From Parcubacteria group bacterium (GTDB lineage Bacteria > Patescibacteriota > Minisyncoccia > 2-02-FULL-40-12), in contig JACPLU010000006.1 of NCBI GenBank assembly GCA_016186395.1, positions 7,948 through 71,947 of the forward strand: DNA of 64,000 nt, read 5' to 3'. Within the stretch, counting starts at the first letter, position 1, and each line of letters starts with the position of its first letter. The notes under the pieces were generated by a model. That model was given only the letters and a program-made list of their open reading frames with translations, did no database searches and was not told the DNA's origin. Positions 17,881 through 28,040 of this stretch are shown here, one piece after another. The translations under genes were made by a program, and so were the position numbers.

Positions 17881-18333
17881 CTATTTGTTATTCTTTATAT
17901 ATTTTGCCAGTAGCCACGAACTGGATTGAACCTTGCCTCCATCTCCTACATTAAATGCCATTTTGATACCATATTTCTTACAAACCGACTCCTCTGGTAT
18001 ATTACCCAGTTTTCGATCACCGCCATTTGCAAAAATATTAGGTTTTATCTTTTTCAATTCAGCACAAACACTCATATCTTTGGGGTTTTCTTTGTGACTG
18101 GTCAGCACAACTCTATCTACTCCGCTTACAGCTTCGATAATTTCTTTGCGTTCTTCTTCATTCATGAATACCTTCCCTTTCTTTTTCTTAAGCCAATTAT
18201 CGTTATTTAAAATAACCACAAGTTTAGTTCCCAACTTTTTTGCTTCTTGAATGAGACGAACGTGCCCAATATGAAGAGGATCCATCCCTCCTGATATGGC
18301 TACAACTAACGGATCTTTTAATTTATTTTTCAT
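17881..18333 (-). CDS. Cytidylyltransferase family protein (HIGH motif)
   Basis: SGGMDPLHIGH, ANGGDR and KVQSSS motifs. Confidence 0.9.
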   Translation of the reverse strand: MKNKLKDPLVVAISGGMDPLHIGHVRLIQEAKKLGTKLVVILNNDNWLKKKKGKVFMNEEERKEIIEAVSGVDRVVLTSHKENPKDMSVCAELKKIKPNIFANGGDRKLGNIPEESVCKKYGIKMAFNVGDGGKVQSSSWLLAKYIKNNK

Positions 18334-18343
18334 AGTTTAATCT

Positions 18344-18709
18344 TTACTCCAAAGATATAGCAATCAATCCATATTTTTTTATTTTTTCTTTATATCCTGG
18401 GAAACTATACCACATACTGTATGCTTCTTTGGTGGTATAAGTATTAGGATTGATTGTCTCCGGCCGGTACTTCTTCAAAATAGCGCCCACGGATTTAAAA
18501 AACTCTACTTTTTTAACTTTTTTCTTGAATCTTGAGCTAGCACATATAAACACTATTGTATCGTTTGTCTTAATATTTTGATATTTTTTTGTTGCCGCCC
18601 GAGTTTCTATCTTTTTCTTTCCATTTTTAATCGCGATAAATATATCACTATTTACTTCCCTAAAACGCAAAATATATTCTTTAGTTTTTGGAATTATCAT
18701 TTTTTTCAT
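18344..18709 (-). CDS. ASCH/PUA-like domain protein
   Basis: FIAIKNGKKKIETR signature. Confidence 0.75.
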   Translation of the reverse strand: MKKMIIPKTKEYILRFREVNSDIFIAIKNGKKKIETRAATKKYQNIKTNDTIVFICASSRFKKKVKKVEFFKSVGAILKKYRPETINPNTYTTKEAYSMWYSFPGYKEKIKKYGLIAISLE

Positions 18710-18741
18710 CTCTAGGTTAAAACCAGTTTCATATAATTAAT

Positions 18742-18898
18742 GTGTTGTCAGTGCCCATCTTATTTTAAAATGTTTGAACGACGAGCGGCCATGGTGCCAT
18801 TATTTTTTAAAATAATGGCGAGCGAGGAGTTCAGACAATGAGCAAAATCACGGTGGGGTTTTGCAAAGTTTTTAAAATAAGATGGGCACTGACAACAC
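18742..18898. mobile_element. 157-bp MITE-like element with perfect 29-bp terminal inverted repeats
   Basis: gtgttgtcagtgcccatcttattttaaaa (18742-18770) is the reverse complement of 18870-18898. Confidence 0.8.
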
Positions 18899-18904
18899 TT
18901 TCTC

Positions 18905-20059
18905 CTACCTCAACTCTGCCTTAAATTGTTCCGCGGTCTGTTTATAAATTTTATCTTGGATTGCGTCGACTTCCTCGCTTCTTAGTGTCCTACCCATACT
19001 CCTGTAAATAATGTGATATGTATAACTAACTTTGTCTTGACCGAATTTTTTTGAATCCTCATATTTATCTATTAGTTCAACCTGCTCAACCAAGTCGCCT
19101 CCCAGATCACGAATTAATTCAAAGTAATTGTTGGGAACAAAGTCTTTACTAACAACAAAAGAAATATCCCGAGTTATTGGTGGATATTTTGAAACCTCTT
19201 TGTATTCTTGCCCTAGTTTTAACTGCTTTTTGACCCTTTCATCTTGAGACCAGAAAAGACGCATATCGGGAACATCCATACTAACCATAGCCAGTCGCTC
19301 CAGACCAAAACCAAACGCCCATCCATTGTATTCATTTGGGTCAACGCCAAAATTTTTCAAAACACTTCCCCGCACAATCCCACAACCAAGCACTTCCATC
19401 CATTTTCCTTTAATCTCTATCTCCATCTCAACGCTTGGATCGGTATATGGAAATTGATCAATGTTAAAACGATATTTTACACTTTCTCCAAAAATGACTT
19501 TAGCAATTTCTATTAAAACACCTTGCAAGTCTTGAATGGTTATAACATGGTCTTCTTTGGGGCACAGATACCAGCCGTCGATCTGATGAAACACCGGCAG
19601 ATGGAAACGATCAATTTCGTCTTTTCTGTATACCTTGCCGTAGCTCAACGCCCCAACCGACTGATGTTTTTTTATTTTTTCTTTGACTTCTGGCAGATTT
19701 AGATGATAATACCACATCACAGTGGTATGGGTGCGCAAAATATTATTATCATCAAGAAAGTATGTGTCCGACCTACTACGGGCTGGGTGATCAAGGGGAA
19801 AATTAAATAAATCAAAACTTAAACTATAACCGACTATCTCCGGCACGTTAAGAACATCAAAATCATGAAACCGAGGCAAAGTAATTATGCGCTCGGCGAG
19901 TTCCGCTATCGGACTGCCTTTCTGTCTGGATAAATCCGGCATAGCCAAAAAACGCTTTAATCTTAAAGCGTCTGAATCACTTCTTTTGTCTAGGGTTTCT
20001 AAGACTTTCGCCTCGTCAGTAGATTTTATTTGAATAATTTGTTTTTTATTAGATAGCAT
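18905..20059 (-). CDS. pheS: Phenylalanyl-tRNA synthetase, single-chain type (catalytic domain plus FDX-ACB)
   Basis: HPARSRSDT, LRTHTT, FHQIDG, FPYTDPS and AFGFGLERL motifs, then SKYPPITRDISF. Confidence 0.92.
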   Translation of the reverse strand: MLSNKKQIIQIKSTDEAKVLETLDKRSDSDALRLKRFLAMPDLSRQKGSPIAELAERIITLPRFHDFDVLNVPEIVGYSLSFDLFNFPLDHPARSRSDTYFLDDNNILRTHTTVMWYYHLNLPEVKEKIKKHQSVGALSYGKVYRKDEIDRFHLPVFHQIDGWYLCPKEDHVITIQDLQGVLIEIAKVIFGESVKYRFNIDQFPYTDPSVEMEIEIKGKWMEVLGCGIVRGSVLKNFGVDPNEYNGWAFGFGLERLAMVSMDVPDMRLFWSQDERVKKQLKLGQEYKEVSKYPPITRDISFVVSKDFVPNNYFELIRDLGGDLVEQVELIDKYEDSKKFGQDKVSYTYHIIYRSMGRTLRSEEVDAIQDKIYKQTAEQFKAELR

Positions 20060-20061
20060 AC

Positions 20062-20313
20062 TTACTGCAATGTTCCACCTAACAAACTAAATAATGCCAC
20101 TAAAGCAATCGCGACCCAAACAAGATTTAATACTGCCGGCTGATAGGCTTTCTTATAGAAAGATATGATTGTTATACCGGTCGCACCGGTTATATTTAAA
20201 AATATATATATTGGGCTAATGACTGAAATTATTCTAAAATTGGCCAGAAAATAAGCAACCAAAACCGCTATAAAACCGTACCACCCATATATTTCAAGCA
20301 CTGTTTTTTTCAC
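20062..20313 (-). CDS. Small membrane protein (CBU_0592-like); start reassigned to GTG 20313
   Basis: GWYG...AYF...YIFLNITGA...KKAYQPAVLN. The longer ORF overlaps tRNA-Asp. Confidence 0.7.
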   Translation of the reverse strand: MKKTVLEIYGWYGFIAVLVAYFLANFRIISVISPIYIFLNITGATGITIISFYKKAYQPAVLNLVWVAIALVALFSLLGGTLQ

Positions 20314-20315
20314 TG

Positions 20316-20391
20316 CGCGGGCGACCGGATTTGAACCGGCGATTTCCTCCGTGACAGGGAGGCGTCTTGAACCAGGCTGGACCACGCCCGC
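20316..20391 (-). tRNA. tRNA-Asp(GTC)
   Basis: GCGGGCG/CGCCCGC acceptor stem, CTGTCAC anticodon loop, GGTTCAAATCC T arm. Confidence 0.95.
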
Positions 20392-20518
20392 AAACTCAAA
20401 ACTTTAAATTTATGTTACCAAAGCGAAACGAAAATTAAAACCCCGTCACCAAATCAAGCGCATAATGCCTCGAGCTTGACTCGATGCGGGGTAAAGATTC
20501 ATCCAACTCTTGGAGGGT

Positions 20519-21268
20519 TTAACGCAATACTGATTCTTGAGAAAAATAAATAAGTGAACCAACTTCCTCTCCAGCTAAAACTTTTTCCAGATTTCCTTCC
20601 TTGAAAAAATCAAATATTCTAATTGGCATTCCTTGATCCTTGGCTAATTTAATTGCCGCAAAATCCATTACGTTATACTGATCCTGCAAATATCGCTCGT
20701 AAGAAACGAATGACAAAAATTTTGCGTTAGAGTCTCTACTAGGATCTCCATCATAAACTCCGTCTATATTTGTCCCCTTAAGAACAATCTCTGCTCTAAC
20801 TTCAATCGCCCTTTCAACTGTTGCATAATCCGTACTGCAAAATGGAATTCCTAAACCACACGCTAATATGACAACCCTCCCCTTATCTAGATGGCTTCTG
20901 GCTACTCTGACTTTATAAAATTCAGCGACCTCATCAACTCTTAAACTGCTCATCACCCTAACCTCTACCCCATTGGCTTCAAGCTCTCTTTGTAAGGCTA
21001 AACCGTTTATTAAAGTTCCTAACATGCCCATCTGATCAATAGGAACTCGATCGTACTTATCTTCAGATGGAAAATTCCTTCCTCTTATTATGTTTCCGCC
21101 ACCCAAAACTATAGCCAAACTGGTGGACTTATTTTCTAACACCCGAATCAACAACTTTGCCAAATGACCAATCCTCTTTACATCAATCCCGTTGTCCCCA
21201 CATACTTTACCGCTAAGTTTTAAAAGTACTCGGCTAAAGACTTGACCCATTTTTTCTCTCCTAGACAA
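20519..21268 (-). CDS. pyrH: Uridylate kinase
   Basis: RVLLKLSG, GGGNIIRG, DQMGMLGT and DGVYDGDP motifs. Confidence 0.95.
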   Translation of the reverse strand: MSRREKMGQVFSRVLLKLSGKVCGDNGIDVKRIGHLAKLLIRVLENKSTSLAIVLGGGNIIRGRNFPSEDKYDRVPIDQMGMLGTLINGLALQRELEANGVEVRVMSSLRVDEVAEFYKVRVARSHLDKGRVVILACGLGIPFCSTDYATVERAIEVRAEIVLKGTNIDGVYDGDPSRDSNAKFLSFVSYERYLQDQYNVMDFAAIKLAKDQGMPIRIFDFFKEGNLEKVLAGEEVGSLIYFSQESVLR

Positions 21269-21404
21269 ATAGTCTTAATTTTGGCTATTTATATAAAATT
21301 TGATGACATCTGTCAAGCGACTAACTGGTACATTCAACCTTCGAAGGGCGTCTTTCCGAGGTCCGACCTCGGAAAGAACTTACTTGTTGAACCTAAGGCT
21401 AAAT

Positions 21405-22910
21405 TTATCTCTCGTAAGATTCCCTTCGAGCTGATTCTGAAAGTATTTGAAAACCGGTCTCTGAATTAAACGGATCAAATTGCCTTTTTACATGGTCTAA
21501 ACTTAAAACCCCTCTATGGCTTATGCCGGAACGTACCCCACCAATAAGATTTCTAACTACATCCTCCACCGATCCTCTTATCTCAACTTCCCTGTCTAAA
21601 CCTTCAGGACTTTTCTTTAATGCCTCTGCTATTGGATCATCAATTCCTTCTGATTCATATCTAGAAATTAATGCTTCGGTAGAAGCCATGCCTCGAAAAC
21701 GTTTAAATTTCCTACCATCCTCCTTTGTATAAATAGACCCGGGCGTATCTTGCGTGCCGGAAAGCATTGTCCCCGTCATAACACTTGATGCACCGGCCAA
21801 AAGTGCATAAAGTATATCTGCTCCGTAACGAATATTGCCGTCAGCGTTAAGCGGTGGAATATCTTTTTCTTTCCAACCATATTTAAATCTTAGTCCGTAA
21901 TAAGTTTCCATTATTGCGTAAAGTTGAGGCACGCCAATACCTGTATTGCGCCGTGTAGTACACGCTCCTCCGGGTCCGACACCAATTTTAATTCCATCTA
22001 CGCCGAGTTTAATTAAAAAATCTGCCTGTTGTGAAGTTCCAATATTCCCAACAACCAACTCTGTATCACCTAACTTCTTATGAAATTCTTTAACTGCTTT
22101 TTCTACGATTTTTGAGTGACAGGATGTTACATCAAGCACAATTACGTCCACACCAGCTTTTTTAAGTTCCTGTGAACGCTCAAGATAATCCCCAACTGCA
22201 CCGATTGCTGCACCAACCCTTAAACGACCAGTTGGGTCTAGTGTTGCATCTGGATGTTTTTGAAGACGTAACGCATCTTTTGAAGTCACTAAACCTAAAA
22301 TATTTCTTTTACCATCAACTAACGGCAGTTTTTTAACCTTTGTTTTAATAAACTTTTGCATTATTTGCTCTAATGTCACCTTGGGACCGGCTGTAACTAA
22401 TTTACTAAAAGGAGTCATGCGGTCTTTTACCTTTGATACATAGTCAACAAATCTAATATCACGCTTTGTTAAAATACCCAAAAGTTTATTTTTCCCGTTA
22501 TGAACAAGTAGACTTCCGACATCATGTTTTTTCATTAACTCCTTTGCTTCTGATAGTTTTCTGTCAGGCGTTATTTTGTATGGATCATTAATAATAAAAT
22601 TATGGGCTCTTTTTACTTTACGGATTTCGTCCGCCTGAAAATTGACCGGACAAAAACGGTGTATTACTCCGATACCGCCTAGAAAAGCCATCGCAATTGC
22701 CATTTCTGATTCAGTAATATCAAGCATATTTGCCGATACTAGAGGAATTTTTAAGTCAATGTTCTTTGAAAATTTCGTGGCCAAAGAAACCATAGATCGT
22801 GATTCGGCTATATTGATCCCCTTTGGAGGAACAATAACCCCGCCGTAAGTTACACCGGAAAACTTTTCTAAAAGTTTATTATAATTTGATTTATTTATTG
22901 TTTCATTCAT
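21405..22910 (-). CDS. guaB: IMP dehydrogenase family protein with CBS pair
   Basis: GGIGVIHR, KIGVGPGGACTTR and RGMAS motifs. Confidence 0.9.
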   Translation of the reverse strand: MNETINKSNYNKLLEKFSGVTYGGVIVPPKGINIAESRSMVSLATKFSKNIDLKIPLVSANMLDITESEMAIAMAFLGGIGVIHRFCPVNFQADEIRKVKRAHNFIINDPYKITPDRKLSEAKELMKKHDVGSLLVHNGKNKLLGILTKRDIRFVDYVSKVKDRMTPFSKLVTAGPKVTLEQIMQKFIKTKVKKLPLVDGKRNILGLVTSKDALRLQKHPDATLDPTGRLRVGAAIGAVGDYLERSQELKKAGVDVIVLDVTSCHSKIVEKAVKEFHKKLGDTELVVGNIGTSQQADFLIKLGVDGIKIGVGPGGACTTRRNTGIGVPQLYAIMETYYGLRFKYGWKEKDIPPLNADGNIRYGADILYALLAGASSVMTGTMLSGTQDTPGSIYTKEDGRKFKRFRGMASTEALISRYESEGIDDPIAEALKKSPEGLDREVEIRGSVEDVVRNLIGGVRSGISHRGVLSLDHVKRQFDPFNSETGFQILSESARRESYER

Positions 22911-23171
22911 GCGTTCCTATTGTACGCGGAATATAAGATTTTTCAATCCTTCAGCTCCATTGACCTTAAATTATAATGAATGGGCCAATTCTAAAAACAA
23001 CCCATTCGGGTTGTTTTTAGAATTGAAGCTGTCTACAGATAACGCCGGCGGCAAAATTCGTTTGTTTTTATCAACAAACACCGAGCTAATTGGTTCCGCA
23101 ATCTTACGGAACATCAATTCGCCCTTCTCATCCCAACGCAAGCAAAGCAATTTGCTTGCTCCCCTTCCTAA

Positions 23172-23245
23172 TGTCAGGGGTGGGATTCGAACCCACGACC
23201 TCTTCTTTATGAGGGAAGCGCTCTTACCAACTGAGCTACCCTGAC
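23172..23245 (-). tRNA. tRNA with CAT anticodon (elongator Met or Ile2)
   Basis: GTCAGGG/CCCTGAC acceptor stem, CTCATAA loop, GGTTCGAATCC T arm. Confidence 0.92.
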
Positions 23246-23426
23246 TTTTTATTTTCTCTTTAAACCTTAACTTTCTTTACACATTTTTTCAAGACTGTTA
23301 TAATAGCCAAGCGACTTTAAATCGCAGTACTGCGGGGTGGAGTCCCGATATCCCGCAAAGCGGGAATCGTGGATGCTCGATTCGCCTTTGGCGATATCGG
23401 CACAGTAATTAAGTATAAATATAAAT

Positions 23427-23770
<344 letters not shown>

Positions 23771-23970
23771 TCCTTCGCCAAAACCGCCATTCAGGCGGTT
23801 TTGGCTTCGGAATGATTTAAATTGAGCCCGTAGAAGTGTTTCACAAAAAGATGGTTGCAGAAATTGGAGTTCTGAAACTTTAGTGAAGGACAACCTCGCA
23901 ATAGATTTACAAAATACCATGAGAGTGGTATTTTGTTTTTGGTATATTGAAATACAAGTAAAGGAGACTT

Positions 23971-25407
23971 TTGATTATGGGTCTAGTGCCATTGGAGCGA
24001 CTTGATTTGCGCAAATGTGACAGTGTTGGAGATATCGTAAAAGCTATGAGCAAGTGCTCATTTGGTGCACGCATGCTTGGCGAGGTTTGTCTGAAAGTTT
24101 TTGACTGGGTTCAAAGAGGAAAACATATCCGCATTGTATATGACGGAGAAAAACTTCTGGACATTTTTGACAGAATGAAGAATAACCGATGGATTGAGGA
24201 AGTTATCCATTCTGATCAGGTTGAGAATCTCTCCGGTTGGCACACCCACAAAACCATTGTCGTGGGACGGTATTCAGAAGCCGCTGACAAGCACATTAAC
24301 AAGCTGGGAGACGCTGTTTTTATTAACAAGGAAGAACTTTGTCGTCCCGGCCAGATCAAAGACGGATATTTCCCCGATGTTGTTTTTGCCGAGCCGACAT
24401 TCGTTATCCCCATCCTCTATTGTGCCTTAGATAATTGGCTTGAAGATCGGCGGCACTCTATTGAAGCTCTATTTACTGAACTAGAAAAAGATCAATTCGG
24501 ACACACAGTTGTTAGCGGTGGGTTAACCTTGGAAAAAATGGTCAAAGATCCCGACTGTTCGGTTTTTCTAACCTTGAGCGGAGCCATGACTATTGCTAAA
24601 ATGGGATTAGTTATTTGCGACATGGTTGATCTTGATATGATCCAGCTTATCTCTTCAACAGGAGCGTTGATGGCTCATGGACTGATAGAAAGTGTCGGAC
24701 TGCAGCACTTTAAGCATAACCCAGCACATGACGATCAATTCCTGGCGCAGCAGAAACTTAATCGGGTTACTGACACGCTTGAACCGGAGAAAAATTTCAC
24801 ACACATTGAGAAAATCGTGAATGAAATTTTATGGTCCTTTGAAAGCGGTGAGATAATTGGCCCGAGTGTTTTTCATCGACGCGTTGGTGAGTATCTCGCG
24901 CGAGAATTTACTACTGAACGTGGTGTTTTGAAGTCAGCGTTTGAAAAAAATGTTCCCGTTCTCTGCCCGGCCTTCGTAGATTCAGAAATCGGCAACGACC
25001 TATTTGCACACAACCAGCGGAGAATGCAGATAGGACAAAAACGGTTAATTGTAGATCCAGAACTTGATTCAGAGGTGCTTATTCGGATGATGATTCAAAC
25101 TTCGAAAGTTGGAATCTTCTCGGTGGGTGGCGGAGTGCCACGCAATAACACCCAAAACGTGGCTCCACTGATTGAGATCACAAATGAACGCCTTAGCTAC
25201 AATTGGCCTGAAAAAATGTACCTTTACGGATGCCGGATCGCTCCGGACGCTATGCATTATGGCCACCTTTCAGGTTGCACATACTCTGAAAATGCATCTT
25301 GGAGAAAAATGGACACCAAACTAGGAACATTTGCTGAAATCCGTGGCGATGCTACGCAGATTTGGCCATTTTTAGTCAAATATGTCATGGATTCAAAAAA
25401 TTTTTAA
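23971..25407 (+). CDS. Deoxyhypusine synthase-like protein with extra N-terminal domain
   Basis: FGARMLG, LSGAMT, STGALMAH, PAFVDSEIG, GGGVPRN, LSGCTYSE..SW and GDAT motifs. Confidence 0.88.
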   Translation: MIMGLVPLERLDLRKCDSVGDIVKAMSKCSFGARMLGEVCLKVFDWVQRGKHIRIVYDGEKLLDIFDRMKNNRWIEEVIHSDQVENLSGWHTHKTIVVGRYSEAADKHINKLGDAVFINKEELCRPGQIKDGYFPDVVFAEPTFVIPILYCALDNWLEDRRHSIEALFTELEKDQFGHTVVSGGLTLEKMVKDPDCSVFLTLSGAMTIAKMGLVICDMVDLDMIQLISSTGALMAHGLIESVGLQHFKHNPAHDDQFLAQQKLNRVTDTLEPEKNFTHIEKIVNEILWSFESGEIIGPSVFHRRVGEYLAREFTTERGVLKSAFEKNVPVLCPAFVDSEIGNDLFAHNQRRMQIGQKRLIVDPELDSEVLIRMMIQTSKVGIFSVGGGVPRNNTQNVAPLIEITNERLSYNWPEKMYLYGCRIAPDAMHYGHLSGCTYSENASWRKMDTKLGTFAEIRGDATQIWPFLVKYVMDSKNF

Positions 25408-25560
25408 AATCAAGTAGTTCGCTAAAGCGGCATGATAATATCAAGCCGCTTTTTTCTTGCAGTAGAAGATAATTTACTATAGACTCATTATCCAAAATAT
25501 AATTATACGTTTCTTTCAAGGAAATACTAAATATTTGCTCACTTATTGAAGGGTTATAAC

Positions 25561-25776
25561 CTAACTCAATTCTTCTAGTTGAATTTCGGCATCCTTGAGA
25601 ATACTTGAGAAAATTTTTGGATGCAAGATTTTATTATCATGAAACGGCACAGTCGTTCTCTTACCTTCAGAGTTTCTATAAATCTTATGACTGCCGCTTT
25701 GTCTGACCAACTTAAAACCACGCTTTTCCAAGATTGAAATAATCTGCTTGGCAGTTAACCTTAGTAGGCGTGGCAT
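25561..25776 (-). CDS. hicA: HicA family toxin (start ATG 25776)
   Basis: LEKRGF...RQSGSH...TTVPFH...ILKDA. Confidence 0.9.
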   Translation of the reverse strand: MPRLLRLTAKQIISILEKRGFKLVRQSGSHKIYRNSEGKRTTVPFHDNKILHPKIFSSILKDAEIQLEELS

Positions 25777-25777
25777 T

Positions 25778-26002
25778 TTAAAGAGTAATATGGACAGTAG
25801 ATAAACTGACTGACTTAGTCGTTGGAATTTCTTCTTTCTCGGCAATTCTGTCTTGAAGATGTAGATTTATCACATCTTTAATATTAGACATTGCTTCTTC
25901 ATATGTCTCGCCCTGACTATAACAGCCCTGCAGTTCTGGACAGGTAGCAAAATAGCCATCATCGTCCTGCTTTATAATAATAGGAAAATCATATTGTTTC
26001 AT
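25778..26002 (-). CDS. hicB: HicB family antitoxin
   Basis: GYFATCPELQGCYSQGETYEEA. Confidence 0.92.
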   Translation of the reverse strand: MKQYDFPIIIKQDDDGYFATCPELQGCYSQGETYEEAMSNIKDVINLHLQDRIAEKEEIPTTKSVSLSTVHITL

Positions 26003-26199
26003 AAAACCATGATAGCATAAATACCATTAAAAACAAACCATTGTGTGAGGCCACCCACTTTTGTAGTCTTGAGAGTTTTTAATCGTTTGTTCTTCTTAGT
26101 ATAGCATATATTGAACTGAGGAGTATTTGTTCTTAAAAGCACAGTGGACTCGTCTGGTATTGTACCAGACGAGTCAGTCCATTAAGTTATGTTTGTGAT

Positions 26200-26230
26200 A
26201 ACGAGAGTAGTTCTCTCGTTTTTTATTTTT
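26200..26230 (+). terminator. Intrinsic terminator
   Basis: aacgagag-tagtt-ctctcgtt plus a long T run. Confidence 0.7.
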
Positions 26231-26310
26231 TATAAATTATCGTATCATTGATATAACATTATAAACATTGATAGCGTTTTTATTAATAGTTAGTAATGTT
26301 TGATTAAAAT

Positions 26311-27033
26311 TTACCTTATTAAGTCACTCCATCTATAGTATTTTACAATCCCATTTATCCAGCCGGAAATTTGCCGAGCAAGCATTGAACTGGCCCTTAC
26401 TCTAATTCTTAATAATCCGAAATTAACTTTTTTAGTAATATTTCTTTGATTTTTCTTCCGAGCCGTCTTTTGAAAATAAATTTGAGAAAAATACTTCTTT
26501 GGTGAGTTAGTAACTTGCGACCAATAATCAATAACTTTTTCAACTGATCGTTTCTGACTCTTTTTTAAAAAGATGTCAAAACTTATTTCTTCATCTTTTA
26601 ACCCCCCTATTCCTTGAAGCCACTTCAAAAATAATTTTATCAAATAAGGATCTGAACTTGTAAATCTTACACCTTTACGCAAGTCATTTACATTTTTCTG
26701 AATATATCTTTCTCGCCAATATAACGCGATTCCCATCAGCCATAATTCGCGATCAGAAATTTTTTTAATGTCGTTACCAGCCGCCTCTTGAATTATCCGA
26801 ATTGACTCTGCTATACTAGCACTTTTTTTCTGTGAAGCTTTCTTTGCCGCCTCTTTACGCTTCCGTTTTAATCTTAAAAGTTGGTTATCGGATAATTTTA
26901 TACCCTTAAGCCAATAAGATAATGTTGATTTTGGAACCAAAACAGACCTTAATATTTCGGAAAATGAAAAGCCCCGCCTTCTTAAAGCCTTAGCAGTACT
27001 TTTATTACCGTTTTGGTTGTTATGGACTACCAT
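26311..27033 (-). CDS. HTH protein with degenerate LAGLIDADG-like C-terminal region, of a type common in CPR
   Basis: LRRRGFSFSEI..VPKSTLSYWL HTH; GIALYW..., FTSSDP.LIKLFLKWL. Confidence 0.65.
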   Translation of the reverse strand: MVVHNNQNGNKSTAKALRRRGFSFSEILRSVLVPKSTLSYWLKGIKLSDNQLLRLKRKRKEAAKKASQKKSASIAESIRIIQEAAGNDIKKISDRELWLMGIALYWRERYIQKNVNDLRKGVRFTSSDPYLIKLFLKWLQGIGGLKDEEISFDIFLKKSQKRSVEKVIDYWSQVTNSPKKYFSQIYFQKTARKKNQRNITKKVNFGLLRIRVRASSMLARQISGWINGIVKYYRWSDLIR

Positions 27034-27413
27034 ATTAGTTTATTAGTAATATATTAACATATTTCTAATACATATTTATCAACACGCTAAATAACCTAAT
27101 GTTTAAGCCGTTTTTAAATATATTATATACTCCCCCATTTTAGACATGTATATTTTAATAATTTTTTCTAAATAATTTATACCAAAATAAATTGATAAAT
27201 CCCCTAAATACTCGATATTAACCGATGCCAACTGACAAAAAAGAAAGCTTGGGGTGTTGTACTCGCAACCACCAAGCAAATTGATGGCAAAGTTAATCCT
27301 TACCGTTTGCTTTATTTTATTTTTTGGAAGCTAAGGACTAACTAATTTGATTTATGTCATAAAATATGCTATGATTAACATTGTAGTAAATCCCAAAAAG
27401 AGAGGTATATGTT

Positions 27414-27638
27414 ATGTCAAGAGTACATCAAGATGTTGGTGACACGGAAGTCAACGATGTCACCGAGTACGAGGGGTTCAAAATTGGTCAGCCCCTGAAC
27501 CCTCATCTTGAACTTGAACTCGGGGTAAACCTTGAAGTAGTGGGTTTTTCCCCGAGAGGAGAGGTGGTCGTGCAAATAAACAATATACGATGTTTTTCTG
27601 CATGGCCACGCCGTCTTCTAGCCTCAAACGGGATTTAA
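27414..27638 (+). CDS. Small hypothetical protein
   Basis: GAGG SD, upstream TATGAT and a downstream terminator. Confidence 0.6.
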   Translation: MSRVHQDVGDTEVNDVTEYEGFKIGQPLNPHLELELGVNLEVVGFSPRGEVVVQINNIRCFSAWPRRLLASNGI

Positions 27639-27647
27639 CCCCCGCAC

Positions 27648-27697
27648 ATAGAAAAGCCCCACAGCTTTCATCTAGTGCGGGGCTTTTCTATTTTTTA
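27648..27697 (+). terminator. Intrinsic terminator
   Basis: atagaaaagccc ... gggcttttctat plus T run. Confidence 0.75.
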
Positions 27698-27756
27698 GAC
27701 CTAGCTCACACACTTTGACCACGCTCCTTCAACCTTGTTCAGAACAAGTCAGAGTA

Positions 27757-27955
27757 AATGAAGCTCCACGGGCTCACGCCCGTGGTATCTCTGGATACCT
27801 TCGGTACCAGAGATACCCGCGTAGCGGCCATCCGGCCCCGCATAATTACGACGCGGAGCTTTAAGCTTAAACCCCTACGTGCGCCAAAAGCGCACTCCGG
27901 GGCTTGGCTTCATCCTTGGGCTTACGCCCAAGGTTTTCGCCTAAGGTTTAATAAA
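27757..27955. mobile_element. Non-autonomous IS200/IS605-like palindromic element
   Basis: Two same-architecture subterminal hairpins, ccacgggc-tcac-gcccgtgg (27766-27785) and ccttgggc-ttac-gcccaagg (27914-27933); GC-rich with no transposase. Confidence 0.65.
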
Positions 27956-28040
27956 TTTAAATATCTATCCCAATTAATATATGGTTGACCAACAAAATTT
28001 ATTCTTCTATACTTAAACCAATTAACAACGATTAAGTTAA

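Noticed and set aside
20314-20385. N-terminal extension of ORF 20062..20385
   Set aside because: It overlaps tRNA-Asp; GTG 20313 is the plausible start.
22909-23244. ORFs 22909..23244, 23678..23920, 50256..50615 and 50345..50533 as proteins
   Set aside because: They are read-throughs of tRNA genes and palindromic repeats.
27758-27988. 76-aa ORF MKLHGLTPVV, and ORF 12328..12513
   Set aside because: Both are translations of palindromic elements.
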